This document shows, one piece after another, positions 40,015-52,887 of a DNA stretch of 64,000 nt; within the stretch, counting starts at the first letter, position 1; the number at the start of each line of letters is the position of its first letter. The notes under the pieces are model-generated. The model was given only the letters and a program-made list of their open reading frames with translations. It made no database searches and was not told the origin of the DNA. The stretch is from NCBI RefSeq assembly GCF_006345805.1, contig NW_021835978.1, positions 1 to 64,000 on the forward strand. The letters are read 5' to 3'. Position numbers and translations under genes: made by a program. The DNA is from Octopus sinensis (Eukaryota).

Positions 40015-40319
40015 ACACACACACACACCACACACTATTGTTTCTTTCAGAAGAAAGAAAAAATTAATAGGACTGCAAAAAAGAAGTGCTGAAATAAATG
40101 AGGCAAGGATCATTTAATATTGGTCATAGAGCAAACGTTAAAATGAGTTAACGACTTCATAAACGGTATCAAATCTCCAATATACATCATATATATATAT
40201 AAATATTACCATGGCTTTATATATATATATATCTATATATATATATATATATTATTATATATATATATATATATATATATACATACGATAGTAGACGAAT
40301 AGTAGAAGAAACTTGAGGT

Positions 40320-40860
40320 ACCACTCGGTGGTCAGAACGCAAGGCCACATAATACTACCATGAAACACATCTATTCCCTGCTCGAATTTCCCAGCAACAT
40401 CGAATAGAGTTCTTCCCGATTGACGCCCACCGTACAATATCAATTGCAATACTTAATTGGTTGTAACGCAAATCATATCCGGTGCTGAAGGGAAACTCTG
40501 AGTAATGCATGCAAATCTTCCATGATACGATGAGGCGACTGTTGTAATCGTTAGGCCCAGCTCATCGTAAAGCAAATACCACCATGAATGATATCCAAAC
40601 AACAGTGGAAAAGAAAAACCACTGGATTTGGTTGAAAAGAGACGAAGATCAAAAACTAGAAGTATATTAAGCTAAACTAGTTGATCTAGCAGGTGGGACA
40701 TCATTACAGTGAGTGGGGGCCGGTGCGCAATGATGCTGCCGAGAGGTAAGACCCAAAACGGCGCGCATCTTGCTAGCATCCGGTATGCTAGCCAGATGCA
40801 GCTGGTAGCTCTTGCATCTGCAAGTTGTTTGCAAAGAATCTAGTTTATAAACATATTAGT
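40320..40860 (+). mobile_element. Probable HERO-clade (REL) LINE 3' end with structured 3'UTR; second copy ~42200-42740
   Basis: TMRRLL*SLG..RKANTTMNDIQTTVEKKNHWIWLKRD resembles the HERO C-terminus (AEKASxWxWxKR) as I recall it; not database-verified. Confidence 0.55.
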
Positions 40861-41182
40861 AGATACGTATATTAGTAAGTATGTCATTATTCTGTCTATG
40901 TATGTATGTATATATATATATGTGTTGATGAATGGATTGATGGATGGATGTGTATTACATACGCAACATTTACAAGAAAGGTTATAAATATTTTACTTCT
41001 GTTAGTCTTTCTGTGTCTTCAGGAAAGACTCGCTTGAATACTTGCAACATACGGCAATCGCATACATACATCCAAAGGGGCAAACAGGGGATGCTGTTCA
41101 ATTTGGCAGAGAAGTGCATCAACCATCAACGTATGCAAAAGGTATAGTGGATTTTCATGTCAACTATACTGACATAATTATA

Positions 41183-41670
41183 AGTGGAGGCGTAATGGCC
41201 CAATGGTTAGGGCAGCGACTCCCGTAGTAGGATCGCGGTACGATTTCCAGACCGGGAGTTGTGAGTGTTTATTGAGCGAAAACACCTAAAACTCCACGAG
41301 GCTCCGGCAGGGAATGTTGGTAAACCCTGCAGTACTCTTTCTCCCAATCTTTTTTCGTTTCTGTTGTATCTGTATTTCAAGGGGCCAGCAGCTTCACACT
41401 CTGCGTCACGCTGAAACTCCCCGAAAACTACGTTAAGGTACACGTGTCTATGAAATGCTCAGCCTCTTGCACATTAGTTTCACGAGCAAGCCGATCCGTT
41501 TATCGTATCAGCTGCGACCCTCGTCGTAAGCGACGGAGTGGAGGCGCAATAGATTGGTGGTTAGGCCAGCGGGCTCGCCGCCGTAGGATCGCTGTTTCAC
41601 GAGCAGGCTGTTCCGTTGATCGGATCAACTGGAACCCTCGTCGTCGTAACCGACGGTGTGCCACGACATG
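41183..41670 (+). mobile_element. SINE family A followed by an internally deleted second monomer; duplicate at 43068-43560
   Basis: Full copy, then a head fragment (gaggcgcaat..gtaggatcgc) fused directly to the tail (tttcacgagcaggctg..gtaaccgacgg). Confidence 0.85.
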
Positions 41671-42041
41671 AGCTATATAAGTCTATATCAAATTATAATA
41701 AACATATATTGATTTGAACGTTTCTGTATTTCACATATTACGACATAAGTTGTTCATTGATGTCTTTCGTTGTTATTAGCTGAAAATTAACAGCCATTGA
41801 GGGATGAAAGGTAAAGCGAACATGTTGACGTAAAACAGAATGTGAAAGTAAAACGTATAGTGTTACGTGTTAAATGCTGCGAAAATTTCAGACCGATTGT
41901 GTCAAACAAATGCTTTGTTTATGAAATATTTAAGCGCGCGAGTACACACATACACACACATATTTATATATATATATATACGTTTATATGAATATTATAT
42001 ATATATGAATATTATATATATGAATATATATATATATTATC

Positions 42042-42076
<35 letters not shown>

Positions 42077-44217
42077 AATATACAGTAATATGTCTGTAAA
42101 TGGTACTCATACATATACAAATATATACCTATTTTTATTATTATATATATATATATATACATACGATATAGACGAATAGTAGACGAAACTAGAGACCTGA
42201 GGTACCACTCGGTGTGCAAACGCAAGGCCACATAATACTACCATGAAACACATCTATTCCTGCTCGAATTTCCCAGCAACATCGAATAGAGTTCTTCCCG
42301 ATTGACGCCCACCGTACCATATCAATTGCAATACTTAATTGGTTGTAACGCAAATCATATCCGGTGCTGAAGGGAAACTCTGAGTAATGCATGCAAATCT
42401 TCCATGATACGATGAGGCGACTGTTGTAATCGTTAGGCCCAGCTCATCGTAAAGCAAATACCACCATGAATGATATCCAAACAACAGTGGAAAAGAAAAA
42501 CCACTGGATTTGGTTGAAAAGAGACGAAGATCAAAAACTAGAAGTATATTAAGCTAAACTAGTTGATCTAGCAGGTGGGACATCATTACAGTGAGTGGGG
42601 GCCGGTGCGCAATGATGCTGCCGAGAGGTATAAGACCCAAAACGGCGCGCATCTTGCTAGCATCCGGTATGCTAGCCAGATGCAGCTGGTAGCTCTTGCA
42701 TCTGCAAGTTGTTTGCAAAGAATCTAGTTTATAAACATATTAGTAGATACGTATATTAGTAAATGTCATTATTCTGTCTATGTATGTATGTATATATATA
42801 TATGTGTTGATGAATGGATTGATGGATGGATTGTGTATTACATACACAACATTTACAAGAAAGGTTATAAATATTTTACTTCTGTTAGTCTTTCTGTGTC
42901 TTCAGGAAAGACTCGCTTGAATACTTGCAACATACGGCAATCGCATACATACATCCAAAGGGGCAAACAGGGGATGCTGTTCAATTTGGCAGAGAAGTGC
43001 ATCAACCATCAAACGTATGCAAAAGGTATAGTGGATTTTCATGTCAACTATACTGTACATAATTATAAGTGGAGGCGTAATGGCCCAATGGTTAGGGCAG
43101 CGGACTCCCGGTAGTAGGATCGCGGTTACGATTTCCAGACCGGGCGTTGTGAGTGTTTATTGAGCGAAAACACCTAAAACTCCACGAGGCTCCGGCAGGG
43201 AATGTTGGTAAACCCTGCAGTACTCTTTCTCCCAATCTTTTTTCGTTTCTGTTGTATCTGTATTTCAAGGGGCCAGCAGCTTCACACTCTGCGTCACGCT
43301 GAAACTCCCCGAAAACTACGTTAAGGTACACGTGTCTATGAAATGCTCAGCCTCTTGCACATTAGTTCACGAGCAAGCCGATCCGTTTATCGTATCAGCT
43401 GCGACCCTCGTCGTAAGCGAGACGAGTGGAGGCGCAATAGATTGGTGGTTAGGCCAGCGGCTCGCCGCCGTAGGTAGGATCGCTGTTTCACGAGCAGGCT
43501 GTTCCGTTGATCGGATCAACTGGAACCCTCGTCGTCGTAACCGACGGTGTGCCACGACATGAGCTATATAAGTCTATATCAAATTATAATAAACATATAT
43601 TGATTTGAACGTTTCTGTATTTCACATATTACGACATAAGTTGTTCATTGATGTCTTTCGTTGTTATTAGCTGAAAATTAACAGCCATTGAGGGATGAAA
43701 GGTAAAGCGAACATGTTGACGTAAAACAAAATGTGAAAGTAAAACGTATAGTGTTAGGTGTTAAATGCTGCGAAAATTTCAGACCGATTGTGTCAAACAA
43801 ATGCTTTGTTTATGAAATATTTAAGCGCGCGAGAGTACACACATACACACACATATTTATATATATATATATACGTTTATATGAATATATATATATATAT
43901 GAATATATATATATATGAATATATATATTATATATATATATATATTAATATATATATATATATATAAATATATAGTATATATACTGATAATTATGTTACT
44001 CATACAGTATAAAGTATATACTCGTATTTTATATTATTATATATATATATATATATGTATATATCTATATCATACATATATATATTCCTATATTATTATA
44101 ATATATCATATATATATATATATATGTGTGTGTGTATATATATACATATATTTGCGTTTGTTTGTATTTATGACTGTGCATATGTTTATATGTGTGTGAG
44201 TTGTTAAATATACATGT

Positions 44218-44257
<40 letters not shown>

Positions 44258-44620
44258 TAATATATATACATATATATATGTGCATGTATATCGATATAAT
44301 TATATATATACATATATGTGTGGTGTATAAGTATGCATATATTTGGATATGTATAAATATGCTTTTATGAGGAAAAAATCGAAGTGACAAAGAAACAAAT
44401 TAATACGATAAATGAAAGATCAGAGCAAAAATAAATATGTTTTATTACGCTTCTGTGCATTAATATTCTGTAGCAATTTATTTTTCTTGCCATGCTGGTT
44501 CTTGAGTAATTAATTATATCAACTTCTTATCCGCTTGGCACCATAACTTGTTTATTAGTGGTTTTGTTCTAAACGGTAATCAGCAAACAGAACTCACTGA
44601 GAGAGAAAGGGAGACAATAA

Positions 44621-45007
44621 TATCCTTTTCTCCTCTAGGCACAAGTCCCGAAATTTTTGGGGAGTGGAGGGCAATCGATTAGATCAACCCTTAGTACGCA
44701 ACTGGTACTGATTTATAGACTCCGAAGGGATGAAAGGTAAAGTGGACCTCGGCAGTATTTGAACTCAGAACGTAAAGAGAGACGAAATACTGCTAAGCAT
44801 TTTACCTGGCGAGCTAAAGTTTCTACCGGCTCCCTGCCTTTATAAATGTTCTTTTCTACCCTAGGCACAAGGTCCGAAATTTTTGAGGAGGGGGCCAGTC
44901 GATTAGATCGACACCAGTATGCAGCTGGTACTCGGAACGAAAAGAGAGACGAAATACCGGTAAGCACTTAACCAGGTCTGCTTGCGTTTCTGCCAGCTCG
45001 CTGCCTT
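44621..45007 (-). mobile_element. Dimeric SINE family D insertion with 13-bp TSD
   Basis: agggagacaataa at 44608-44620 and 45008-45020. Confidence 0.88.
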
Positions 45008-45056
45008 AGGGAGACAATAACGCTGAGAAAGTCTTTTACCTTTCGAGCCTACACTC

Positions 45057-45114
45057 TTCGGCTGATGAGAAATCACGCGTCTAGGTGGCGCTAAATTTCG
45101 AAACCGGTACCGAG
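45057..45114 (+). ncRNA. Type I hammerhead ribozyme, intact
   Basis: ttcgg CTGATGA gaaat..gcgtc/ggcgc..atttc GAAA ccg GTA ccgag; palindromic stem III ACCGGT, GUA site. Confidence 0.85.
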
Positions 45115-45387
45115 TTGACCTGCATTTACTTGTTCTGACCCATTTGAGGTAAGACATTATTATTGTTCACTGATATTTTCCCCCTATCTTGTCTGTAATA
45201 GATTTGTGACTTTTCGGTGGTACAGAAGTATTTTTTGTTTTCTATCATGAACGATATAGGTACTCATTTAGTACCCTTATGTATATATGTACATATCTAA
45301 TATTGTATGTATATATTTTATTAATTTGCCTGTACGGCTAATAATTCGCTTACCACTTGTGATGGTATTTTAATAATACCATCCCTA

Positions 45388-45428
<41 letters not shown>

Positions 45429-45939
45429 ATTTGTATATATGTGTGTATGTATGTGTATATATATGTAGGTAGGTAGGTATGACCATCGCCATTTCCACCA
45501 CCAATACGATACGATCATAATCACCACCGCCATAACCACTACAACCACTATCACCGTTTTCCTCAAAGTTCTCGTGGTCTATTGAAGCAACAGCTTTTGG
45601 CGTTATTCCAATAAAATTCCAAAATGCGGGGCAACTCAGTTGAATACTTAGATAAGTATCTCACTCAGTTGTGAAATGCTGCCATTTTGCTTAATCTCAC
45701 TCTAGGGAGAATGACAGCCCCTTGAGGACTGCAAGTTTTTAGAGTACATATGAAATTCCCCTGATGGGAATTTCTATAGAATCGCTTAACGCGCTAGAAG
45801 TATCAACCAATATATGCCTCAAACCACACCGTGCTGTCTTAACCCTTTGCCTGTCCAAAGCATTTTCATAAGTTTGTCCTAAGCGTCCACGCCTTTTCTC
45901 CCCAGCTTAATTTAGGTAGTAGGTAGTGATTTTCTTCAC

Positions 45940-46330
45940 TACTTCAGGGAGTGACGACCCTGCCTGACACGAGTCCCGGGCTCAGCTGGCTCCGGCTGAC
46001 AGTACCCAGTATGGGCCCCTATCCAGGGTTATATAAAGGAGATAACTTTCAAAGAAATCTGGAGTGGAGCCCCGTAGGCGGTGTAGTGTTCGACTCGACA
46101 CTCTTCCCACAGCTCCTGCAGCCAAGCTGGTGTCAAACGTAATGCTCTGCACTCCTTTGGACTATATCAGCAAGGTCGAGAGAGGAATCCTGACGATTGG
46201 GCTACCTAGGATTTTCTTACACCCCTCCCAGGCCTGAGCAAAACTGGAGAGGAAACTGGACAGGCCATGAAATGTAAAAACCAGACAGGATTAGTTTATG
46301 CGCAACTCCATTGTCACCCGAGACAAAACG
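45940..46330 (+). mobile_element. Probable RTE-type LINE 5'UTR fragment
   Basis: GC-rich; cagccaagctggtgtcaaacgtaatgctctgcactcctttggac resembles RTE 5'UTRs (from memory). Confidence 0.45.
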
Positions 46331-46372
46331 ATGCCAACAACAAATTTAGCTCTTGGTTTATAAGCTCGCGAA

Positions 46373-46655
46373 GGCCCGTGGCTTAGCGGTTATGGTATTC
46401 GACTCAGGGATCATAAGGTCCAGAGTTCGATACATAGTGGTGTGTTACGTTCTTGTCAAAGACTTTATTTCACGTTGGTCAAGTCCATCCAGCTGTCAAA
46501 AATGAATGGTACCTGTAGTTCAAAGGGCCAGCCCAGTCACAACTTGTGTCGCGCTGAATCTCCCTGACAACTACGTTAAGGGTACATGTGTCTGTGGAGT
46601 GCTCAGCCACTGGCAGGCTAATTGCATGATCAGGCTGTTCGGTTGACCGACTGTG
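46373..46655 (+). mobile_element. SINE family B
   Basis: Head gtggcttagcggtt..gagttcgatac; 3' domain shared with family A (aactacgttaagggtac..gtggagtgctcagccac). Confidence 0.75.
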
Positions 46656-47454
46656 ACCAGTTTCATAAGCTCTGGGTAATATAAAGCTTTCCTTACTTAA
46701 GACCCAAGTTACTCTGTTAATCGGAAAAAATTGGGAATGTATACCATATATGATGCACGAGCGTCTGCGAAATATGCCCTGTGTATCTCAAGAGCAAAGA
46801 AAAAAGCTACTCCTTGATATATAAATACGCGGGATGGTTACGGTTAAAACGTCTCTGGTATGTGAAAAGACGGGACGACAACGGCTGAAGCGGAACACCT
46901 TTGATCATAGTTTTCTTTAGGTGGTTAAATAAGCGCAACAAATTTAAAACAATGACACATTGCATAACAAAGAGACATGATGGTCACGGCTAGAGCCTCA
47001 ATGATCATGTGTTGACCCGAAGGGGCTGACCACGGTCTACGTAAATGGGATGAGATCTTCATATAGTTATTCTTGATATAGTAGATGTTATTGCTGCTAA
47101 GCCCCAGATCAGTCCTAGATCACTTGAGTTTGTTATTCCTTCATTAATTAATCCGTAAAACATAAGGGCAAATTCGCGATTATTTCTGGCAGATCAAAAT
47201 AACAAATCTAGGTGTCAGGATTAACCCTTTTCTTTGATCGTTTGGTAGTCAGACAACATATATCGATGCAATAAAAGAAAGAATGGGGTGTTTTGTGTGA
47301 TACGATGGCTAAAACCACTTCATGAAGGCGGTACCATATCATGACCGCAGCATATCACCGAAACCAGTAAAAATATATTCAGTATCTCTATCTTGAATTT
47401 AGATAGACACATCCGGAGCATACTTGAAGTGGAGCGGGCATATTATCGCTAGAT

Positions 47455-47905
47455 GGCGAAAGGCGGGAAACTGGCAGAAACGTTAGCACGCAGGGCGAAA
47501 TGTTTAGCGGTATTTCGTTTGTCTTTACGTTCTGAGTTCAAATTCCGCCGAGGTCGACTTTGCCTTTCATCCTTTCGGGGTCGATTAAATAAGTACCAGT
47601 TATGCACTGGAGTCAATATAATCGACTTAATCCGTTTGTCTGTCCTTGTTTGTCTCCTCTGTTTGTAGCTCCTTGTGGGGAGTAAAGAAATAAGAAACGT
47701 TAGCACACAGGGCGAAATGTTTAGCGGTATTTCGTCTGTCTTTACGTTCTGAGTTCAAATTCAGCCGAGGTCGACTTTTGTCTCTCATGCTTTCGGGATC
47801 GATAAATTAAGTAACAGTTGCGTACTGGCGTCGAGATCTAATCGACTGCCCCTCACAAAAAAAAAAAAAAAAGTCGGACTTTGTGCCTAGAGTAGAAAAG
47901 ACTAT
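47455..47905 (+). mobile_element. SINE family D dimer
   Basis: Two units, each starting at gaaacgttagcac. Confidence 0.9.
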
Positions 47906-48714
47906 CGCTAGGTGGCGAATGGCGACGAAAGCACGTTGCAAAGCAAGATAATTAACTAACCGAACCGTTAATTAAACAACGAATTTGTTATATGATTAAA
48001 TGATAACGAATGAGTTGACGATTAAAGCAAATCACGTTTTTAATTGGCATAATGACGTACACGAAGTACAGCAAAATGTGTTTTCATATATCTTATAATA
48101 ATTCTGCTTGCTACATAGCCCATCCGTAACGCTTCCATGTGATTATTTGAAGCGGAGAGAGGAAGAATGGGATGGGGAAGGGGAGCGGAAGGATAGGTGG
48201 TGGTGAGTGAAATGTGTAATTTTTATTTCGTTTGAACCAAGTTCTTTGGCTCCCTTACTTAGCCCGCCCGAAACGCTTTCACGTGATTAGTTGAAGGGAA
48301 AGGCGAAGAGCGAAAGAAAAGGAAGAGAGAGAAAAAGAGAGTAAGGTGCAGTGTGAGAGAGAAAGATGGAGAGTGTTGTATGTTAAGTCTATAAAATTGT
48401 GCATTAAATATATATAAAGTGTATATATAAAAGTGCATTAAATAATCATCGTATTCCAATTTTCTTCATTTTTAATGATTAGCAGATGATCGACTATCAT
48501 TTGATACAGACAAAACACAGGTTATCTTTTCAGGTATTTTGGATAAAGTCTTCAGAAATGACCCGAGAGGTTTACCATTAATTCCGGGAAATATTCACGG
48601 GTCCCGCTAGTTATATATAATAATGAAGGAGAGAATTACGCAAACACGAAAAAACGGGGCCCTCCTCGCAAAATGGCAAAAGAGACGAGTTATGAGAACA
48701 GGAGAGAATATACA

Positions 48715-48880
48715 CGACGGGCTTCATTCAGTTTCCGTCTACCATGTCGACCCACAAGGCTTTGGTCGACCCGAGGTTGTAATAGAATACACTTGTCCAA
48801 GGCACCACACCGTGGGACTGAACTCGGTACCATGTGGTTGGGAAGCAAGCCTCTTACCACACAGCTACGCTTAGGCCTAT
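48715..48880 (-). mobile_element. SINE family C 5' half
   Basis: Matches the family C head. Confidence 0.8.
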
Positions 48881-49082
48881 ACATTTATGTACATATGCAT
48901 ACAAGTGTCTATGCATGCATATATACATAGACATGAGTTTCCAAGCTGTTCTCTACATAAAAGATAAAAACAAATCCAACAAAAACAAAACCCAGTAAAT
49001 CAAGAATAATTAACAAATTTCTGATGTCTAACAAGACTTTTCCTGTCTGGAAGCCATTTTACAGGCGGATTTATACACCAAT

Positions 49083-49114
<32 letters not shown>

Positions 49115-49455
49115 AAACACACGTCATAGACACAGTAAGGTACGCATCTGTGCTATCATCAAAATACAAATCTGTGTTTTAGGAAACGAAAACATTATAG
49201 TATACACATTAATCAAATTATTGTCAGATGATTCTCTGAGTTTCCCGCTCAACTGGCTTCGTCCAAGCAAAAGCTTGTCATTGAGAAAGGTGATGTTATG
49301 ATGTGAGTAATCATCAACTTGTTAGCAATAATAAATATACTCTCTGATATGTATTGTGCTACTCGTCGCCATTCATTGCTCCTCCATCACTCGTCTCTCT
49401 CTCTCCCCTTCTGTCCTCTGTACTTTTTCCCACTCTCTCAACATAGTAGATATAA

Positions 49456-49503
<48 letters not shown>

Positions 49504-49768
49504 CTGTATATTTGTATACATACTGATTATTAGGTAAATATAGAGCGACACATAGGTAGATAGACATATAACTTCATACTTACATATATACATACATACA
49601 TGCATATATACATATACGCTTTCGTATACATATATTTGTCTATTAGATAACACACACACACACATATATCTATATCTATCTCTCTCTCTCTCTCTCTCGC
49701 TATCTATCTATCTACCTATCTATATATATCTAACTATATATATATATATATTCCGCGCGCATACACAC

Positions 49769-49811
<43 letters not shown>

Positions 49812-50419
49812 GTGTGTGTGTGTATGCTTGTATACACGTACATATATATTGACTGATTAGTAGGTAAATATAGAGCGACACATACATACATACACACACA
49901 CACACGCACATACATACATACATACATACATACATACATACATACATACATACATACATAAATATAATTATCCGCACATTCAGACACGCATGCAGACAAA
50001 CCCCACCACACACTCATTCACACGCACACACTGTTACGCACAAGCAGCCACAGACAGACACTACTCTTCATATTTAATTGATAAAAATGATTCATTTAAA
50101 CATGCGAAACAGCAAAGAAATAAATCAAAATTTAATTCACTTCCTACACTTTTCGTAATTTGGGGAAAAAAAAATGTTTTGAAATTCTTCACTGATTCTC
50201 ATCAATATTCGAAATGAGCAACTTTCCTAATCACTGAATTATTTCAGTGCCTTGGGGTGATATGTTAAGTACTTTGTTTGGCAGACCGGTTATGAAATGT
50301 GTATATTTTAGTGAAAAGTACATAGTCTTTGAATTCTTCGAGTAAATGTTCCCTGGTGGAAAAATTTAGGTTCAAATATGGCTTATATTTTAGCACAAAT
50401 GTGCTTACATGTATTCAGT

Positions 50420-50512
<93 letters not shown>

Positions 50513-50889
50513 ATGTCTGTCTGTCTGTCTGCCTGCCTGCCTGCCTGTCTGCCTGTCCGTCTGTCTATCTATTTGTCTGTCTATCTGTCTGTCTAGCTAT
50601 CCGTCTGTCTAGCTATCCGTTTGTCTATCTCTCTGTCTGTCTAGATGTGTATATGGAATCTTTTGTGCGCGCGGGTATATGCGTAAATAGATGTGTGCGT
50701 GTGTGCGTGCATGCGCGTATATGCGTATATAGACGTGTCTTACTCTTGGTTTTTTTTAAACATTTTCCTGTATTTTGTCCTGTTTTTTTCTTGTGTGTGT
50801 GCGCGCATATAGACATGTGTATAAACTATTTTGTGCGCGCATGTGTTTGTGCGTATATAGACGTGCTCGGGTATGTGCGTAAATAGGCA

Positions 50890-50921
<32 letters not shown>

Positions 50922-51024
50922 TGTGTGCATAAGGGTATGTGCATATATAGACGTGGTTTAATCTTTGTATACTCCCTTAAACCTTTTTCCCCACGTCGTA
51001 TATATGTATATATATGTGTGTGTG

Positions 51025-51223
51025 TTTGTGTGTCTGTGTTTGTCCCCCAACATCGCTTGGGAATCGATGCTGGTGTGTTTACACACCCGTAACTTGGCGG
51101 TTCGGCAAAAGAGACCGATAGACTAAGTACTAGGTTTACAAAGAATATGTCATGGGGTCGATTCGCTCGACTAAAGTTGGTGCTCCAGCATGGCCACAGT
51201 CAAATGACTGAAACAATTAAAAG

Positions 51224-51225
<2 letters not shown>
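51025..51225 (+). mobile_element. SINE family C 3' half
   Basis: gtttgtcccccaacatcgcttg..gcatggccacagtcaaatgactgaaac. Confidence 0.85.
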
Positions 51226-51284
<59 letters not shown>

Positions 51285-52345
51285 ATGTATATATGATATA
51301 ATATATAAATACATAAACATATAAAATAATATATTATCTAAATATATGCCACAGTGAGAGGGAGAGATAAAATATTATTAGACAAAAATCAAACACAAAG
51401 TAACGTTAGTCCAACGTATATTCGCATGTTCACAGTTAATTTTATAAGGCTAGCCCTCAAAGAAAGATAAAACGTATCAATTAATCGTCGATTAACGTTT
51501 CGGATAAAATCTTTTGCCGTTAAGTAAATTATTATGATTGCTGCTTTGAAACAATATTGCTACAATCGTTAATAACCAAGTGTTACCCAATCCACCAGCT
51601 ATTTGCGACTCCAGTGATTTGTTAATCACTTTTTCCCTTCTTTCAGTAGAAATAAAATTTTTTATAGCATTCTGATGCTACTTAGTGGCTGCTATTAATG
51701 ATGTACTAAAACCCAGACTTCTAGATTTAGCAACTCCATCGCTGCTGCTGGGGGCTTTTCGTCTGCTGTGATACACTTGTGTTTTTTATAGCTGTAGACG
51801 TCTGTAGTAGTTGCTTTCTTGAGACGAATTCTGCAGTTATGTGGCTTTCTCCGGAATATCCGTGTTAAATAAGATATGAAGAATGTTACACGTGCACGCA
51901 TATACACACACGCGCATATATAAAATTAAAACAGACTCACGAATAAGTAGATGACTAAATGTTATTTTGTGTGACATTACTAGGGACTCTAATCGACCGT
52001 TCTTGGTTGGCTTTCAATATAAATGGCCAGATATTGCAGAAAATTAGAAAAAAAACTCAATATACATATTAAATCAACACATACCTATATACATGTATAC
52101 ATATCTCTGGATATATATGTACACACACACACGCAAATATATGTATATACATATATATGGCTAGTAATATTTGTCGTCACTTTGTTTTTGTCAGTACAAA
52201 TACTGTGTTGATCTCTTAGAGTGATTTCAGAACTGGAATTTTTTGCTTAATTATATATATATATATATATTATATATATATATATAAGCATACATTATTT
52301 ATAAACACACACAATATATATACATATACATAAAACTACACAGGC

Positions 52346-52762
52346 TTAGGAGTGGCTGTGTGGTAAGTAGCTTGCTTACCAAACACATGGTTCAGTCCCA
52401 CTGCGTGGAACCTTGAGCAGGAGTCTTCTACTATAGCCTCGGGCCGACAAAAGCCTTGTGAGTGGATTTGGTTGACGGAGACTGAAAGAAGCCCGTTGTA
52501 TATGTGTATATATATATACATATATATATATGTGTGTGTACGTGTGTGTGTGTATGTTTGTGTGTCTATCTTTGTCCCCCCAACATCGCGTGGCAACCAA
52601 CGCTGGTGTGTTTACGCCCCCGTTACTTAACGGTTCGGCAACAGAGACCGATAGAATAAGTTGAACAAAGAATAAGTCCTGGGGTCGATTTGCTCGATTA
52701 AAAGGCGGTGCCCCAGCATGGCCACAGTCAATGACTGAAACAAGAAAAATAGTAAAGAGAGT
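52346..52762 (+). mobile_element. SINE family C, near full length
   Basis: Head, central microsatellite and tail all present. Confidence 0.88.
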
Positions 52763-52793
52763 TTAAAGAGAGTATATATGCATATATATTATA

Positions 52794-52845
<52 letters not shown>

Positions 52846-52887
52846 ATATACATACTGACGACGCACAGACAATATATACGTGTGTCC

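Larger units (their letters stand above)
40270..44050 (+). repeat. ~1.9-kb tandem segmental duplication (units ~40270-42150 and ~42150-44050)
   Basis: Collinear near-identical copies, e.g. gaggtaccactcggtg at 40316 and 42200; also duplicated ORFs 41207/43092, 41444/43332, 41867/43758. Confidence 0.95.

Noticed and set aside
49460-49900. Short local direct duplications (also ~55400-55520)
   Set aside because: Embedded in microsatellite fields; ordinary slippage or unequal-exchange products.
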